Shown here one piece after another: positions 9,305 to 22,349 of a DNA stretch of 64,000 nt (its first letter is position 1; every line of letters begins with the position of its first letter). The stretch spans positions 1-64,000 of the forward strand of contig CAWHCF010000010.1 in assembly GCA_963827655.1 (NCBI GenBank). The letters run 5' to 3'. Below the pieces are notes generated by a model. That model searched no databases. It was not told the origin of the DNA and worked only from the letters and a program-made list of their open reading frames with translations. The translations under genes and the position numbers were made by a program. The stretch comes from an uncultured Acidobacteriota bacterium. GTDB lineage: Bacteria; Acidobacteriota; UBA6911.

Positions 9305-10477
9305 ATGAAGCGCGTCGCGATCGTCACAACCGTCTATCGATATCTGTCTCACGCCCAGCACATCGGGGACCGGTTCCTGGTAGGGTATCCTCAGGCCGGC
9401 AAGTGGCACAAACCGGACATGAAGGTCGTGGCGCTTTACGTCGACCAGAAGCCGGACGGGGACCAAAGCGCCGCTCGGGGGGCGGAATTCGGCTTCACCG
9501 TCTATCCCACGATTGCCGAGGCCTTGCGCTGCGGGGGCGACAAGATCGCCGTCGATGCCGTGCTGTCGATCGGCGAGCACGGGGACTATCCGCGCAACGA
9601 CAAGGGGCAGATCCTCTATCCGCGACACGAGTTTTTCAAGCAGCTCGTCGATGTCTTCGAGAAGGACGGCGTCTCCGTTCCGGTCTTCAACGACAAGCAT
9701 CTTTCCTACAGCTTCGAGAAGGCGAAGTGGATGGTGGATGCATCGAAGCGCCTGAAATTCCCGATGCTGGCGGGATCTTCCCTGCCCGTTACCTGGCGGC
9801 TTCCGGACCTCGAGCTGCCGCTGAACTGCGAGATCGAGAGCGCACTGATGGTGGGAATCGGCGGCTCGGACGCCATGGATTATCACGCCTTGGAAGCCAT
9901 GCAGTGCATGGTGGAGAGGCGCCAGGGAGGCGAGACCGGCGTGAAGTCAGTCGAGCTGATCGAAGGCGACGCGGTATGGAAGGCGGGGCAAGAGGGCCGC
10001 TGGTCCAAGGAGCTGCTCACGGCGGCGATTTCGCGGAGCGACTCGCCGCAGGGACTGACCATCGAGGACGGCCGAACGCAAGACCTGGTGGGTAACGGCG
10101 AGCTGCCGAAGCTGGTGAAGAACCCCGCGGCCTACTTCATCGAGTACCGGGACGGCTTGCGGGCCACGCTGCTGATGCTCACCGGCGCAGTCAAGGATTT
10201 CACCTTTGCCGCGCGCGTCAAAGGCCGCGGCGTGCAATCGACCCAGTTCTTCCTTTCGCCGGAGCCGAACGTCACCTATTCGGCGTGCCTTGTAAGCAAG
10301 ATCGAGGAGATGTTCGAAACCGGAAGGGCGCCCTACCCCGTGGAGCGGACCCTGCTGGTCAGCGGCGTCCTCGAAAGCTGTCTGTCTTCGAAGATCGATG
10401 GAAACCGGCGGCTCGAAACGCCTCACCTGGATGTGAAGTATCGCGCGCCCAAAGAACCGCAGCATGCGCGAGCGTGA
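9305..10477 (+). CDS. Conserved hypothetical protein, paralogue of the upstream gene, no signal peptide
   Basis: ATG 1 nt after the upstream stop; shares SHAQHI, IGEHGxYPRN, VPVFNDKHLS, QCMVERRxGGETGV and YPVERTLL. Confidence 0.75.
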   Translation: MKRVAIVTTVYRYLSHAQHIGDRFLVGYPQAGKWHKPDMKVVALYVDQKPDGDQSAARGAEFGFTVYPTIAEALRCGGDKIAVDAVLSIGEHGDYPRNDKGQILYPRHEFFKQLVDVFEKDGVSVPVFNDKHLSYSFEKAKWMVDASKRLKFPMLAGSSLPVTWRLPDLELPLNCEIESALMVGIGGSDAMDYHALEAMQCMVERRQGGETGVKSVELIEGDAVWKAGQEGRWSKELLTAAISRSDSPQGLTIEDGRTQDLVGNGELPKLVKNPAAYFIEYRDGLRATLLMLTGAVKDFTFAARVKGRGVQSTQFFLSPEPNVTYSACLVSKIEEMFETGRAPYPVERTLLVSGVLESCLSSKIDGNRRLETPHLDVKYRAPKEPQHARA

Positions 10478-10486
10478 ACAATCCTG

Positions 10487-10522
10487 ACCACGAAGACACC
10501 AAGACACGAAGAAACACCAAGA
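10487..10522 (+). repeat. ACACGAAG-family repeat
   Basis: ACCACGAAGACACCAAGACACGAAGAAACACCAAGA. Confidence 0.82.
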
Positions 10523-10541
10523 ATCTCTTGTGCGCCCGTCG

Positions 10542-11765
10542 TTAGAGGCTGTCGGCTTCGCGAAGCAGCCGCGCGGTGAGTTCCTCGGGTTTGATCCCGT
10601 TGGTATTGGTAAAAACGATCGCCGCCGCACCATCATTCAGGCGAAAGCGGACGTCGGTGTTTATCCCGGGATCGCTCCCGCCGTGGCCCCAGGCGAGCGG
10701 CTCGCCTGAGCCGAATCCGTACCATGTCAGCCCCTGCACGCGCGCGCCCTCGGTACGCTGCGGGGTCAACATCTCGCGGACGGTCTCGCTCTGCAAGAGT
10801 CGTTTCTTCTCGAACGCGCCCAGATCAAGATAAGCGCGCACGTAGCGAGCCAGCTGCGCCACGCTGGTCCGCAAGAACCCGTCGGGGTAGTTCGGATGGT
10901 TGTACAGGCAGTTGGCCTCGTATCGATCTTTCCGGTCGGCCGGGTTCGCCGGCCGCTCGGAGCGGACCACTCCCAGTGGGACCCCGCCCCAGCTCGGCCC
11001 CCGGACCTTCCCGGACGAGACCCAACTGTAAGGCACGGCATGCCGCGCGGTGTCGATGCCGGACAGGTACCAGGATGTTTGTGTCATCTGGAGGGGCTCG
11101 AAGATCCACTGCTTGCAGTAGTCAGTGAACGGCGTTTTTGTGATCGACTCGACCAGGTGTGCGACAACGCCGTAAGCAACGTTGCAGTAGTCCCACTTCG
11201 TTCCGGGCGCCCATGAATGGTAGTTCTCCGAAGGCCGATAGAGCGTGCCGCCTGGCGCCAGGTACTGGCGCAGCCACTCACCCAGCGCCAGGGTCGGGTC
11301 GCCGCAAGCGTACTTCTCTGCGTAGGCCGACCCGTCCGCTATCGACGAGGTGTGGGTGAGCAGGTAGCGGAACGTGATCGGAACGGCCGGGTGTGCGGGA
11401 TTACGCACCGGAAAAGACAGGTAACGGCCGACGTCATCGTCGAGCTTGAAGCGGCCCTTTTCCCAGAGCTGCATCAGGGCCGTGGTGGCGACAGTCTTCG
11501 AGATCGAACCGATGTTCTGCAGCGTGTCGAGCGTCATCGGCGCGCGCTCGGCGAGGTTGGCATACCCATAGGTCGCCGACCAAACCACGGCGCCCCGCTT
11601 CAGAATGCAGGCGGCGACACCCGGGATGTGATCGGTTTCCATCTTGCGCCGGAAGAACTCGTCCAGGTCTGGCCGCGGCCCCTGGCGTTGCACCGCCGCG
11701 GCCCAGCTTGCGGTGCCGGCCAGGGCCAGGAACTTCCTGCGATCGATCGTGTGGTTCATCTTCAT
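10542..11765 (-). CDS. Serine hydrolase, beta-lactamase/AmpC family, Tat signal
   Basis: DRRKFL Tat motif; SISK (SxxK), YCN (YxN), HGGSDPG. Confidence 0.88.
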   Translation of the reverse strand: MKMNHTIDRRKFLALAGTASWAAAVQRQGPRPDLDEFFRRKMETDHIPGVAACILKRGAVVWSATYGYANLAERAPMTLDTLQNIGSISKTVATTALMQLWEKGRFKLDDDVGRYLSFPVRNPAHPAVPITFRYLLTHTSSIADGSAYAEKYACGDPTLALGEWLRQYLAPGGTLYRPSENYHSWAPGTKWDYCNVAYGVVAHLVESITKTPFTDYCKQWIFEPLQMTQTSWYLSGIDTARHAVPYSWVSSGKVRGPSWGGVPLGVVRSERPANPADRKDRYEANCLYNHPNYPDGFLRTSVAQLARYVRAYLDLGAFEKKRLLQSETVREMLTPQRTEGARVQGLTWYGFGSGEPLAWGHGGSDPGINTDVRFRLNDGAAAIVFTNTNGIKPEELTARLLREADSL

Positions 11766-12011
11766 GACGGTGAATGCCTCGATAAAGAGTAAAGAACCAG
11801 CGGCGCCGACGGACGCTGCCCGATACTATTTCCACAGCCGGGCGTCGTTGTCCATCAACAATTGATGCGATTTGTTGACCGGTTGCTCTCCTCCGATTGA
11901 CGGCGGGTTGTTCGTGCAGGATCCAACCACAACCACGCCGATGCGCCGGGACTTCTTTACCCGAATCGAGATTCTCCACTACACTATGGGTCTGATCAAA
12001 ACGCAGGAGGG

Positions 12012-13040
12012 ATGATGCGTCTTGGGTTGAACTTTGGATACTGGGGTTCCGGCCCGGCGGACAATGTTGCGCTTGCGCAAGAGGCGGATCGTCTGGGCTA
12101 CCACTCGATCTGGACCGCGGAAGCCTGGGGTTCGGACTGCATCACGCCGCTGACTTGGCTCGCAGCCAAGACCGAGCGCATCAATGTCGGGACGGCAATC
12201 ATGCAAATGGCCGCGCGCTCGCCGGCCAACACCGCGATGACCGCCGCGACCCTCGATCTGTTGACCGGCGGGCGAATGCTCCTCGGGCTGGGCGTCTCGG
12301 GACCCCAGGTTGTGGAAGGGTGGCACGGAGTCCCCTATGGCAAGCCGCTGGTTCGGACGCGCGAGTACGTCGAGATCGTGCGCGCAATCTTGCGGCGCGA
12401 CCGACCGCTGGAACACCACGGCGAACACTACGATATTCCGCTGCGTGGCGGGACCGGACTCGGCAAGCCTCTGAAGCTCATCCTGCATCCTTTACGCCCC
12501 AAGATCCCGATTTATCTCGCTGCGATTGGCCCTAAAAATGTGGCGCTGGCCGCCGAAATCGCGGATGGCTGGTTACCGGTCTTCTTCTCACCGCAACGCA
12601 TGGACCTGTTCCGGGAATACCTCGAGCAAGGCCGAGCGCGCGCAAGCGGGTCGAACGCCATTTCGAACTTCGAGATCGCCCCCACGGTCCACATCGAACT
12701 CGGGCCGGATGTCAACGCCTGCCGCAACGCCGTCAAGTCGACGCTCGCGCTATATATCGGCGGAATGGGGGCCCGGGGACAAAACTTCTATTACAACCTG
12801 GCTTCTCGCTACGGCTACGAGGAGGCGGCGGCGAACATTCAAAGTTTTTTCCTTCACGGGAGGAAAGCCGAAGCTGCGTCCGCGGTACCGGATCAATTGG
12901 TGGACGAAGTCGCGCTATGCGGGCCCAGGGAACGGATCGCCGACCGGCTCGATTTATGGCGGCGCTCCGGCGTCACGACGCTCATCTGCGGCACATCCAA
13001 AATCGAAACCGTGCGGACCATGGCAGAACTCGTTCTGTGA
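12012..13040 (+). CDS. LLM-class (probably F420-dependent) oxidoreductase
   Basis: [43 protein letters not shown]. Confidence 0.88.
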   Translation: MMRLGLNFGYWGSGPADNVALAQEADRLGYHSIWTAEAWGSDCITPLTWLAAKTERINVGTAIMQMAARSPANTAMTAATLDLLTGGRMLLGLGVSGPQVVEGWHGVPYGKPLVRTREYVEIVRAILRRDRPLEHHGEHYDIPLRGGTGLGKPLKLILHPLRPKIPIYLAAIGPKNVALAAEIADGWLPVFFSPQRMDLFREYLEQGRARASGSNAISNFEIAPTVHIELGPDVNACRNAVKSTLALYIGGMGARGQNFYYNLASRYGYEEAAANIQSFFLHGRKAEAASAVPDQLVDEVALCGPRERIADRLDLWRRSGVTTLICGTSKIETVRTMAELVL

Positions 13041-13132
13041 AAATAGGGACGTCCCGCACGTTCACTATTCGTGTCTTGAAACGGTCGCCGTCTTCGTAGA
13101 AATAGGGAAACGTGTGGGACGTCCCTGATTTT
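13040..13132. repeat. REP-like long inverted repeat
   Basis: Arms AAATAGGGACGTCCCGCACGTTCACTATTC and GAAATAGGGAAACGTGTGGGACGTCCCTGATTT. Confidence 0.75.
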
Positions 13133-13152
13133 TAGACTAGAATTCCCGGACC

Positions 13153-14062
13153 ATGCATATCCCCGACGGATTCTTATCCAATAAGATGTGGCTCGCCCTG
13201 GACGCGCTGTCCGGCGCCAGCATTCTCTATGCGGCGCGCCGCCTGCGCCTGGAAGCCTCGGCGCGGATTGTTCCCCTGATGGGAGTTCTCTCGGCTTTTG
13301 TCTTCGCCGCACAGTTGCTGAACTTTCCCGTTCTCGGGGGAACATCGGGACATCTCGTAGGAGGAGCCCTCCTGGCGATTCTTCTGGGTCCGCTGGCCGG
13401 CTTTCTCACCATGGCGACGGTTCTTATCGCCCAGGCGCTTTTCTTACAGGACGGCGGATTGGCGGCGCTGGGCGCGAACATCTTCAACATCGGCGCGGTT
13501 ACCTGCTTTAGCGGCTACGGATTGTTCCGGCTGCTGGCCGGTTCGCCCCCGCGGGAGAGACGCCTGGCCTGGGCGGGCTTTGTGTCGGGCTGGGTATCCT
13601 TGGTGCTCTCGGCAGTCTGTTGCGCGCTCGAGCTGGGTCTGTCGAGAGCCATTCCTCTCGAGGTCGGACTCCCTGCGATGGCAGGCTACCATGCGATCAT
13701 CGGTCTCGCCGAAGGCGGGCTGACGGCCGGCGTGCTGGTTTTCCTCGCGCGCGTCCGACCGGATCTCATCAAAGGAAAGTCAGACTTCAGGATGGGCCCC
13801 CTCGATTGGGCCGTCGCCCTGGGGTTTGTTGCGCTTCCGGTTCTGGTATTGATACTGGCCGGAAGCTCCAGCCTTCCCGACCCACTGGAGCGACTTCTTT
13901 CCTCAGCCGGCGCCATGACTGAGCCGCGCAACTGACGCGGGAGATCTTCTATCCCCCGATCGCTACCCGGAATACCTTCGGGCAGCGGCAATCCTCGTGG
14001 TCTGCACTGCTCTCGTCTACCTTGTGGCTCGCTTGGTTCAAGGCAGGAGCCGCAAATCGTGA
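13153..14062 (+). CDS. cbiM: ECF transporter S component NikM/CbiM with C-terminal PDGLE-like extension (frameshift near 13930)
   Basis: N-terminal [23 protein letters not shown]; a further TM helix continues in another frame to a TGA overlapping the cbiQ GTG. Confidence 0.85.
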
Positions 14063-14769
14063 GGCATAATTTCCTGGACCGTTACGCCGGTCTTGATTCT
14101 CCTCTGCACGCTCTGGAAGCTCGTACTAAACTCGTGGGCTTCCTTGCCTTGATTCTCGGTGTGCTCTGGATACCCGCAGGCAGCAACTTGATATTCTTTG
14201 CCTATTTCCTGCTCACCGCCGTTCTGATGGGGATCTCCCAGATTCCGCTTGGGTACATCGTCGGAAGAACGCTGGCAATCCTTCCATTTGTCGTGCTTGC
14301 CGGTCTCGCCGCTCCTTGGGCGGACCACTTCGAGGGCGTGAGGCTGGTGGCGATCGTCCTGCGATCGATTCTCTCCCTTCTGCTTCTTATCTTGCTGACC
14401 AGCACCACCGCATTCGCCGAGCTGCTGCGCGGGCTTCGTAAGCTGGGATGTCCCAAGATTCTGGTTCTCAATCTCGGCTTTCTCTACCGCTATCTTTTCG
14501 TCCTGACTGAAGAAGTGCTGCGCATGCGCCAGGCCAGGGACTGCCGGCGCGTCGGACGCGCCCCGGCTCTTGCGGAGTTCAAGCTGCTCGGGGCAATGCT
14601 CGGAACTCTTCTCGTGCGCTCGTTCGAACGCGCCGAGCGGATGTACCAGGCTATGCTTTCCCGAGGCTATGACGGAGACCTGCGCATTCTCGCTCCCCGC
14701 AAATTCACATGGCTCGACCTTGGATTCCTCGCGGGAGTGGCATTGTTCATCGTCGGTGTCAGGCCTTGA
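14059..14769 (+). CDS. cbiQ: ECF transporter T component CbiQ/NikQ
   Basis: SPLHALEARTKL, LYRYLFVL, RSFERAERMYQAMLSRGY. Confidence 0.9.
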   Translation: MRHNFLDRYAGLDSPLHALEARTKLVGFLALILGVLWIPAGSNLIFFAYFLLTAVLMGISQIPLGYIVGRTLAILPFVVLAGLAAPWADHFEGVRLVAIVLRSILSLLLLILLTSTTAFAELLRGLRKLGCPKILVLNLGFLYRYLFVLTEEVLRMRQARDCRRVGRAPALAEFKLLGAMLGTLLVRSFERAERMYQAMLSRGYDGDLRILAPRKFTWLDLGFLAGVALFIVGVRP

Positions 14770-14840
14770 AAATTCGAGTTTCGCTGCCGAGCAAGAAAAC
14801 ACCGCCCAAACTCAAGGAAGACCCAATCGAGCGTTAACCC

Positions 14841-15596
14841 ATGCCATCTTCATCTTCAAAATCTGACCGCTACGCAGTTCGCTTAACCCGTCTCAGCTAC
14901 ACTTACCCCGATGGAACCAGGGCCCTGGAGGGCATCGATCTTGATGTGGGCGAGGGTGAACGCGTCGCTCTGGTCGGTCCCAGTGGCGCGGGAAAATCGA
15001 CCCTGCTGCTCCATCTCAACGGAGTGCTGACGGGAACTGGAGGCGTTCGCGTCATGGGACAGCTGCTCGAAGGGGCCGATCTGCGAGAGATACGGCGGCA
15101 TGTCGGTCTGGTTTTCCAGGACCCGGACGACCAGCTTTTTTGCCCGACTGTTCTGGAAGACGTCGCGTTCGGCCCGCTGAACATGGGCTTTCCCGCGCAA
15201 GAGATTTCTTCCCGCGTGGAAAGAGTGTTGGCCGACGTCGGGCTCAACCAATCCTTCAGAAACAGGTCTTCGCACCATCTCTCTCACGGAGAGCGCAAAC
15301 GTGTGGCTCTGGCCTCCGTTCTGGTCATGGAACCGAAGATACTCGCGCTCGACGAGCCTACCAGCAATCTCGATCCGCGCAATCGCCGCCATCTGATTGA
15401 ACTGGTAGCCGCGCTGCCTATCACTCTTCTGCTTGCCACCCATGACCTCGAGATGGTTCTGGCCTTGTGTCCGAGGACAGTTGTCATGGATGGAGGGAAA
15501 ATTTGGGCCGAGGGGGAGACCGGCGCCATTCTTAGCGATTCGGCCCTGATGGAAGAACACGGCCTCGAGGTGCCTCTGAGTCTTCGCCGGCCTTGA
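14841..15596 (+). CDS. cbiO: ECF transporter ATPase CbiO/NikO
   Basis: GPSGAGKST, VFQDPDDQLF, LSHGE, LDEPTSNLDP. Confidence 0.9.
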   Translation: MPSSSSKSDRYAVRLTRLSYTYPDGTRALEGIDLDVGEGERVALVGPSGAGKSTLLLHLNGVLTGTGGVRVMGQLLEGADLREIRRHVGLVFQDPDDQLFCPTVLEDVAFGPLNMGFPAQEISSRVERVLADVGLNQSFRNRSSHHLSHGERKRVALASVLVMEPKILALDEPTSNLDPRNRRHLIELVAALPITLLLATHDLEMVLALCPRTVVMDGGKIWAEGETGAILSDSALMEEHGLEVPLSLRRP

Positions 15597-15956
15597 GGGC
15601 TTGCAGATTGGCTATTTCGCGGGCGCCCTTGGAGTGCAGCTCTACCCTGGAATGTGGCTCGGACACTTTCCGAAGCCTCTGTGGCGATCGGGTCATCAGA
15701 CCCGTTGCAAATAACGTGATCGGAAGGATTTAGCCTTAAAAGTTCTTTTGTGCCAAACTGGGGCGCCGGACGGGCTTGATAGCCCGTCCGCACATGTATC
15801 GGGAGTTTTTGCAAATCTGCACTCCAACTGCTCTGCACTTCCGCCAGGTCAGGAGCCTGGCAGCGCTGGTCCGGCGATTGCGTGATTCAGAAAAGGTTAT
15901 GGGGGAAGACGAAGTTATGACACCTGATCCGATTACGGCACGGCGCTCCGGTTTGC

Positions 15957-16869
15957 GTGGCGCTGCCTGACATGGGGATCCTCCAGACAGCGCGCGCCGG
16001 GATCCTGTTCCTTCTCCCGGGAGGTCGAGTCGAAAGAATTCTGTTGAGTTATCTGCTGCTGCTCAACTGCGCTCTCCTGGTCTGGCGGCCTCGAGGGCTG
16101 TGGCTACCGGCCCTTGCGCTGCATTGCGCAATGGCTGCAGCCATCCTGTGGCTGGCGCAGACGGCCCGCCGCCGCCCTTCCGGCATCCTTCACTTCCTGT
16201 TTCACTGGTACCCTCAATTTTGCTTCCTCTTCTTTTTTGAGGAAGTGGAGCTTTTAGTGCACATGATCCATCCGGGGTGGTTTGACCGGTATATCATGCA
16301 ATTCGATCTTTACTGGTTTCGGGTCCACCCCGCCCTCTGGCTGGAGCAGTATGCGGCTCCATGGCTGACAGAGATCATGCAAGGCTGTTACTTTTCTTTC
16401 TACTTGATGCTTCCAGGGGTCGGCGGTCTCCTGTATTTCCGCAGGAGGTGGCAGGAGTTTGAACTGCTCATGACGGCGTCGGCTGTGGGCTACACGACAT
16501 GCTATGGGATCTTCTATCTCTTTCCCGTCGAGGGACCCTACCACACGCTGGCTCCTTTCTATCGTGGCGAACTCGTGCGGGGGATTCTTCGATTCCCTCA
16601 TGGCGCAGATTGAGAGATTAGGCCGCGTGCACGGTGGCGCATTCCCCAGCACGCATGTGGTGGGAACGTTCGTTCCGTGGTTGACAGCCTGGAGATACCT
16701 GCCCAAGCTAGCCTGGGGAATGACTCCTTTCGTCGTCGGAATGCTGCTCGCGACGATCTACGGCAGGTATCACTATGTGGCGGATATCCTGGCCGGGATC
16801 GTGGTCGCTTTCATCGCATTCGAAGCGGCGCGGAGATTCCCATCCGCCAAGGCTATGAGCTATCACTAA
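15957..16869 (+). CDS. PAP2-family membrane phosphatase/phosphotransferase (frameshift near 16590)
   Basis: Two overlapping ORFs: LFPVEGP, then AFPSTHV and YGRYHYVAD; multiple TM segments. Confidence 0.8.
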
Positions 16870-16935
16870 AGCCTTTTGAGCCTTCGTCCTTATGGTTAAA
16901 CCGTTATGTCCGAGCTTATGAGAATTTTGTTCACA

Positions 16936-17127
16936 TAGAAGCCAGAAGTCAGGAGCAAGAATGTGTTGGTAAAAGGCGTTCATGGAATCCTTCCAGTTGG
17001 TTGGCACACTACCTAGGTTAGGGCGGACCTCAAGAAGGAAGGTTGAATCTCCTGGAGGAAGTCAGCCGCCTGCTGAATGCATATGCAAAGGCGATTCTGG
17101 CTTCTGGCTTCTGACTCCTGGCTTCTA
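16936..17127. repeat. Inverted pair of heptamer tandem arrays (AGAAGCC / GGCTTCT)
   Basis: AGAAGCCAGAAGTCAGGAGC at 16937 and TTCTGGCTTCTGGCTTCTGACTCCTGGCTTCT at 17095. Confidence 0.7.
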
Positions 17128-17193
17128 TCCCGCTGCTTTGGCGGGATATCTAGGGCGCAGCCCTTGCCCGGTTAGTTAAATTTCGAGGACTCG

Positions 17194-17832
17194 ATGACTC
17201 TGATGATTCCTGGCCGTTCGGTTCAGCTCGAGGCGATCTTGCGTGAGCCTGAAACCCAGGCGCCGCGAGCAACCGCGGTCCTCTGCCACCCGCATCCGGT
17301 CTATGGCGGGACGATGAACAATCGGGTCATCTATCGCGCTGCCAAAGCCGTGCGCGAGGCCGGACTCGTGGCGCTCCGCTTCAATTTCCGTGGTGTGGGC
17401 GCCAGTACCGGGTCATTCGACCAGGGAGAAGGGGAAAAGGACGACGTCGTCGCTGCCATCGATCATCTGGAAAAAAACTACCCCTCCCTACCTCTGGCGC
17501 TGGTTGGGTTTTCTTTCGGGGCGCGCGTTGGGCTGCAGGTAGGGTATCGCGATACCCGGATCGAGGCCATGGTGGGGCTTGGCGTCCCAGTGGGCCTTCA
17601 CGACTTCGACTACCTGGCCGAAAACCACAAACCCACCCTGTACATCGTCGGCGCCCTTGACCAATACTGTCCTCGCGAGAAAATGGACTCCCTGGCCCGA
17701 CGCTTCCCAACTACCTCGAAGCTGATTTGGATCGAAGGAGCCGATCATTTTTTTAACCCGGGGATAGAACAGGTCCAGACGCTGATCACCGATTTCTTCC
17801 GTGGTTTGCGTTTTTCTCGGAGCTCAGGATGA
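17194..17832 (+). CDS. Alpha/beta-fold hydrolase
   Basis: CHPHPVYGGTM, FNFRGVG, GFSFG nucleophile elbow, GADHFF. Confidence 0.88.
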   Translation: MTLMIPGRSVQLEAILREPETQAPRATAVLCHPHPVYGGTMNNRVIYRAAKAVREAGLVALRFNFRGVGASTGSFDQGEGEKDDVVAAIDHLEKNYPSLPLALVGFSFGARVGLQVGYRDTRIEAMVGLGVPVGLHDFDYLAENHKPTLYIVGALDQYCPREKMDSLARRFPTTSKLIWIEGADHFFNPGIEQVQTLITDFFRGLRFSRSSG

Positions 17833-18852
17833 GAGGAATGGGCGCTCTTGTTGCGGCGGCGTTACTGCTAACGCTGGAAGGCCTTCCCTCTTCCGCCGCG
17901 CCCCGACGATTCACGAAGGTGTCCGAACACTGTTACGTTCTCGAAGCCGAGCCGGGCTGGGGAAACGTCGGCGCGGTGATCAGTGACGATGGGGTTCTTC
18001 TGATTGACACGCCGCCGGCAGGCGAGATCCCCGCAATGCTCGAAGCGCTGAAGCGGGTTACGACCAAACCGGTGCGCTGGGTCGTGAACACCCATCACCA
18101 TGAGGACCACACGCGCGGAAATGCCTATTTCTCGGAACACAATGCCACGATCATCGGCGGCCGTGAGTTCCGCCGCGTTGACGAGAAACCCGCGGAGGTA
18201 GAGAGCAAGGAGCAAAAACCCAAATCAACCTTTGCCGAAACGCAGCTGGTTTTCGGCCGCCAGGCGCGGCTCTTCCCTGGAGGTGTGGAAGTACGGATTT
18301 TCGCCACCGAGCACAGGGCCCATACCAGCCGGGACGTGGTTGTGTGGCTGCAGTCGGAGAAGGTGCTGCATGTCGGAGACCTGTTTGTCCCCGGCAGCTA
18401 CCCCGCAATCGACACCTCCGAGGGCCAGGGAAGCGCGATCGGGTGGCTCGAGGCCATGCGCCAGGTGATCGAGTCCGTTCCTGTCCTCAAATCCGCAATG
18501 CCCCAGCCCAAGGCGCCTCCCTCAAAACCCCCTCCCTCAAAGACCCCCTCCCCCAAAGGCTCCTCCCTCAAAGGCTCCCCAGGATCCCACAGAGGTCGCT
18601 TTGGAGGAGAAGACGCTCGAGGAGCAGGTCATCGTAATCCCCGGGCATGGGCCCGTCTCGAATCTGCAGGAGATGAAGGATCTCTTCGAGACCTCCAGGA
18701 AATTGCGCCTTGAAGCAGGGCGCGCCGCAGCCGCGAGACGCAGCCGCGACGGCTTTCTGGCTTCTCCCGGCCTGGCCCCGTTCCGGGTCTACGAAAACTT
18801 CGAAGCCTTCGCAGCCCAGCTCTATGGCGAAACAGCAGGCGGCAGGAAGTAA
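17829..18852 (+). CDS. MBL-fold metallo-hydrolase (frameshift near 18590)
   Basis: NTHHHEDHTRGN, AHT, HVGDL; VIPGHG appears in the downstream frame (18601..18852). Confidence 0.82.
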
Positions 18853-18881
18853 GCAGCTCAATTCCACTGCCTACTGCTTCT

Positions 18882-20120
18882 TCAGATACGCAGGAACAAT
18901 CGCCGGCGATACATCCAGTAAAGCAGCAGCCAGAACAGGATCAGGACGGCTACCCCGAGAAGCAGCGGTTCATAGGCCGCTCCGAGGATCCTGAACGCAT
19001 CCTGGCCGAGATGGACTTTCAAGGTGGTCAGAAAGAAGTCTTCGAACAGCCAGGTCATACAGTATATGGCAATCGAGTTCATTCCGATGACCACGAGCGG
19101 AAACGCCCAGGACTTCCACCTCTTGATATCGGTTGCGATGTAGAGACCGGCCAGGATGAGAAAGCACCAACCGCCGCTGAAAAGCGTCCAGCTGGGCGTC
19201 CAGATCCTTTTCACCACAGGGCAGATTCCCAGCCAGCCGAGCAGCAAACCTGACAGAAGTCCGGCGCCGCCGGCGATGGCCAGCCAGCGCACCTTGGCCC
19301 AGGAAGCGCGGCTGCTGCGCAAGATTTCGCCGGCGATCAGCCCGAGAATCATCGTGCCGAGGGTTGGAATGAAGCTCAACGTGGCGTAGCCGCCTCCATT
19401 GAACTCGAAGGGCTTCGGGCGCGGAAATAGATTGAGAAACCAGGTATCGAATGCCCACGCCAGGTTGCTGTTTTTGTTCCAGTGGGCGGCAAAGCCGCTC
19501 ATCAAATGGGGCCAGCCGGACGGCACGCCCACCTTGCTATAGTCAAAATCCGCCGCCGGCAGCGGGTATAGCGCGAACGCCGCCCAATAGCCTGTAAGGA
19601 TCAGCCCGAGAGCGATAAACTGGTCGCGGAGCGGGCGCAGACTCAACAGGAAGAGCAGACCGTAACCGAACCCGATCTGGGACAGAGTGTCTTCGAAAGT
19701 GAAGTTGGTCTGCGGGCGGCCGATGGATCTCAGGAACACACCGAGGCCGACCAGAACCAGCGCCCGATAAAATGCGTGAGCGGACAGCTTAAGCCGGGAA
19801 TGTCCCTGGGCGAGACGGGCGGCGAGGGAAAACGGAAGCGCTACGCCCACAATGAAGGAGAAGGACGGCTGAATCAGATCGTGCAGGGAGCAACCGATCC
19901 ACGCCACGTGCGACTGGTGATAGCACAGGAAGCGCCAGAAACCGCTCCCGGAAAGCGCCTCGGAAACACGACAGAGGCGCAGCACCTCCGCCATCATCAG
20001 GAACATCACGAAGCCGCGGTAGACGTCGAGAGACGCCAACCGGGAGGGCAATGCGGCACCCTTGACCTCCGGGATGCCCGCGCGCGGCTGCACGCGATCC
20101 AGAACCTCGACCGTGGCCAT
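18882..20120 (-). CDS. DUF5009 / heparan-alpha-glucosaminide N-acetyltransferase-like membrane acyltransferase
   Basis: [39 protein letters not shown]. Confidence 0.82.
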   Translation of the reverse strand: MATVEVLDRVQPRAGIPEVKGAALPSRLASLDVYRGFVMFLMMAEVLRLCRVSEALSGSGFWRFLCYHQSHVAWIGCSLHDLIQPSFSFIVGVALPFSLAARLAQGHSRLKLSAHAFYRALVLVGLGVFLRSIGRPQTNFTFEDTLSQIGFGYGLLFLLSLRPLRDQFIALGLILTGYWAAFALYPLPAADFDYSKVGVPSGWPHLMSGFAAHWNKNSNLAWAFDTWFLNLFPRPKPFEFNGGGYATLSFIPTLGTMILGLIAGEILRSSRASWAKVRWLAIAGGAGLLSGLLLGWLGICPVVKRIWTPSWTLFSGGWCFLILAGLYIATDIKRWKSWAFPLVVIGMNSIAIYCMTWLFEDFFLTTLKVHLGQDAFRILGAAYEPLLLGVAVLILFWLLLYWMYRRRLFLRI

Positions 20121-20220
20121 ACGAATGTCTGACGTTAACACAAAACGACCGCAAAAGCACAACGACGGAGAGAAATGTTAAGAACTGCGCCCCTGGGCCC
20201 TGCGGTCTTGGTGTTTTTGA

Positions 20221-22026
<1,806 letters not shown>

Positions 22027-22349
22027 AACCCCTCGCGATTCCTGGTTCCAACCCAGCCGTGTTCGCAAACATTGCTCCGCCTGAAAAACCGCAACCGACG
22101 ACCATTTCCACGTGGACGTGATCGGCTTTTTGATTGATCGCGTCCGACGCTCGATGCTATGTTCGGCATCTTCCGGTCTATCGCGGCTCATGTCGTTGTG
22201 TGCCTGACACGCGTCAGGCATCGAGCCATGAATCCGATCGGAGAAGCCATCCGTAATAATGGATGGTTGATTGAACTAACCTTGTTCCCGCGGTGTCCTG
22301 GCATTGCCCTGGGCGCGCGTGACAAGCACTCTTTGAGGAGATTATCGAT

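Noticed and set aside
7603-9327. Long antisense or alternative-frame ORFs (e.g. 574 aa at 7603, 457 aa at 591, 483 aa at 33055, 508 aa at 52185)
   Set aside because: Shadows of well-supported genes on the opposite strand in high-GC DNA; no motifs.
10542-11765. Antibiotic-resistance beta-lactamase
   Set aside because: Motifs fit the broad serine hydrolase family (HGG, not KTG); resistance is not supported.
12012-13040. Evidence of F420 metabolism
   Set aside because: Family resemblance only; no F420 biosynthesis genes in the window, so the cofactor cannot be asserted.
15629-15827. TTGGAGTGCAG ... CTGCACTCCAA inverted repeat
   Set aside because: Only an 11-bp match; possibly a decayed REP-like element but too weak to call.
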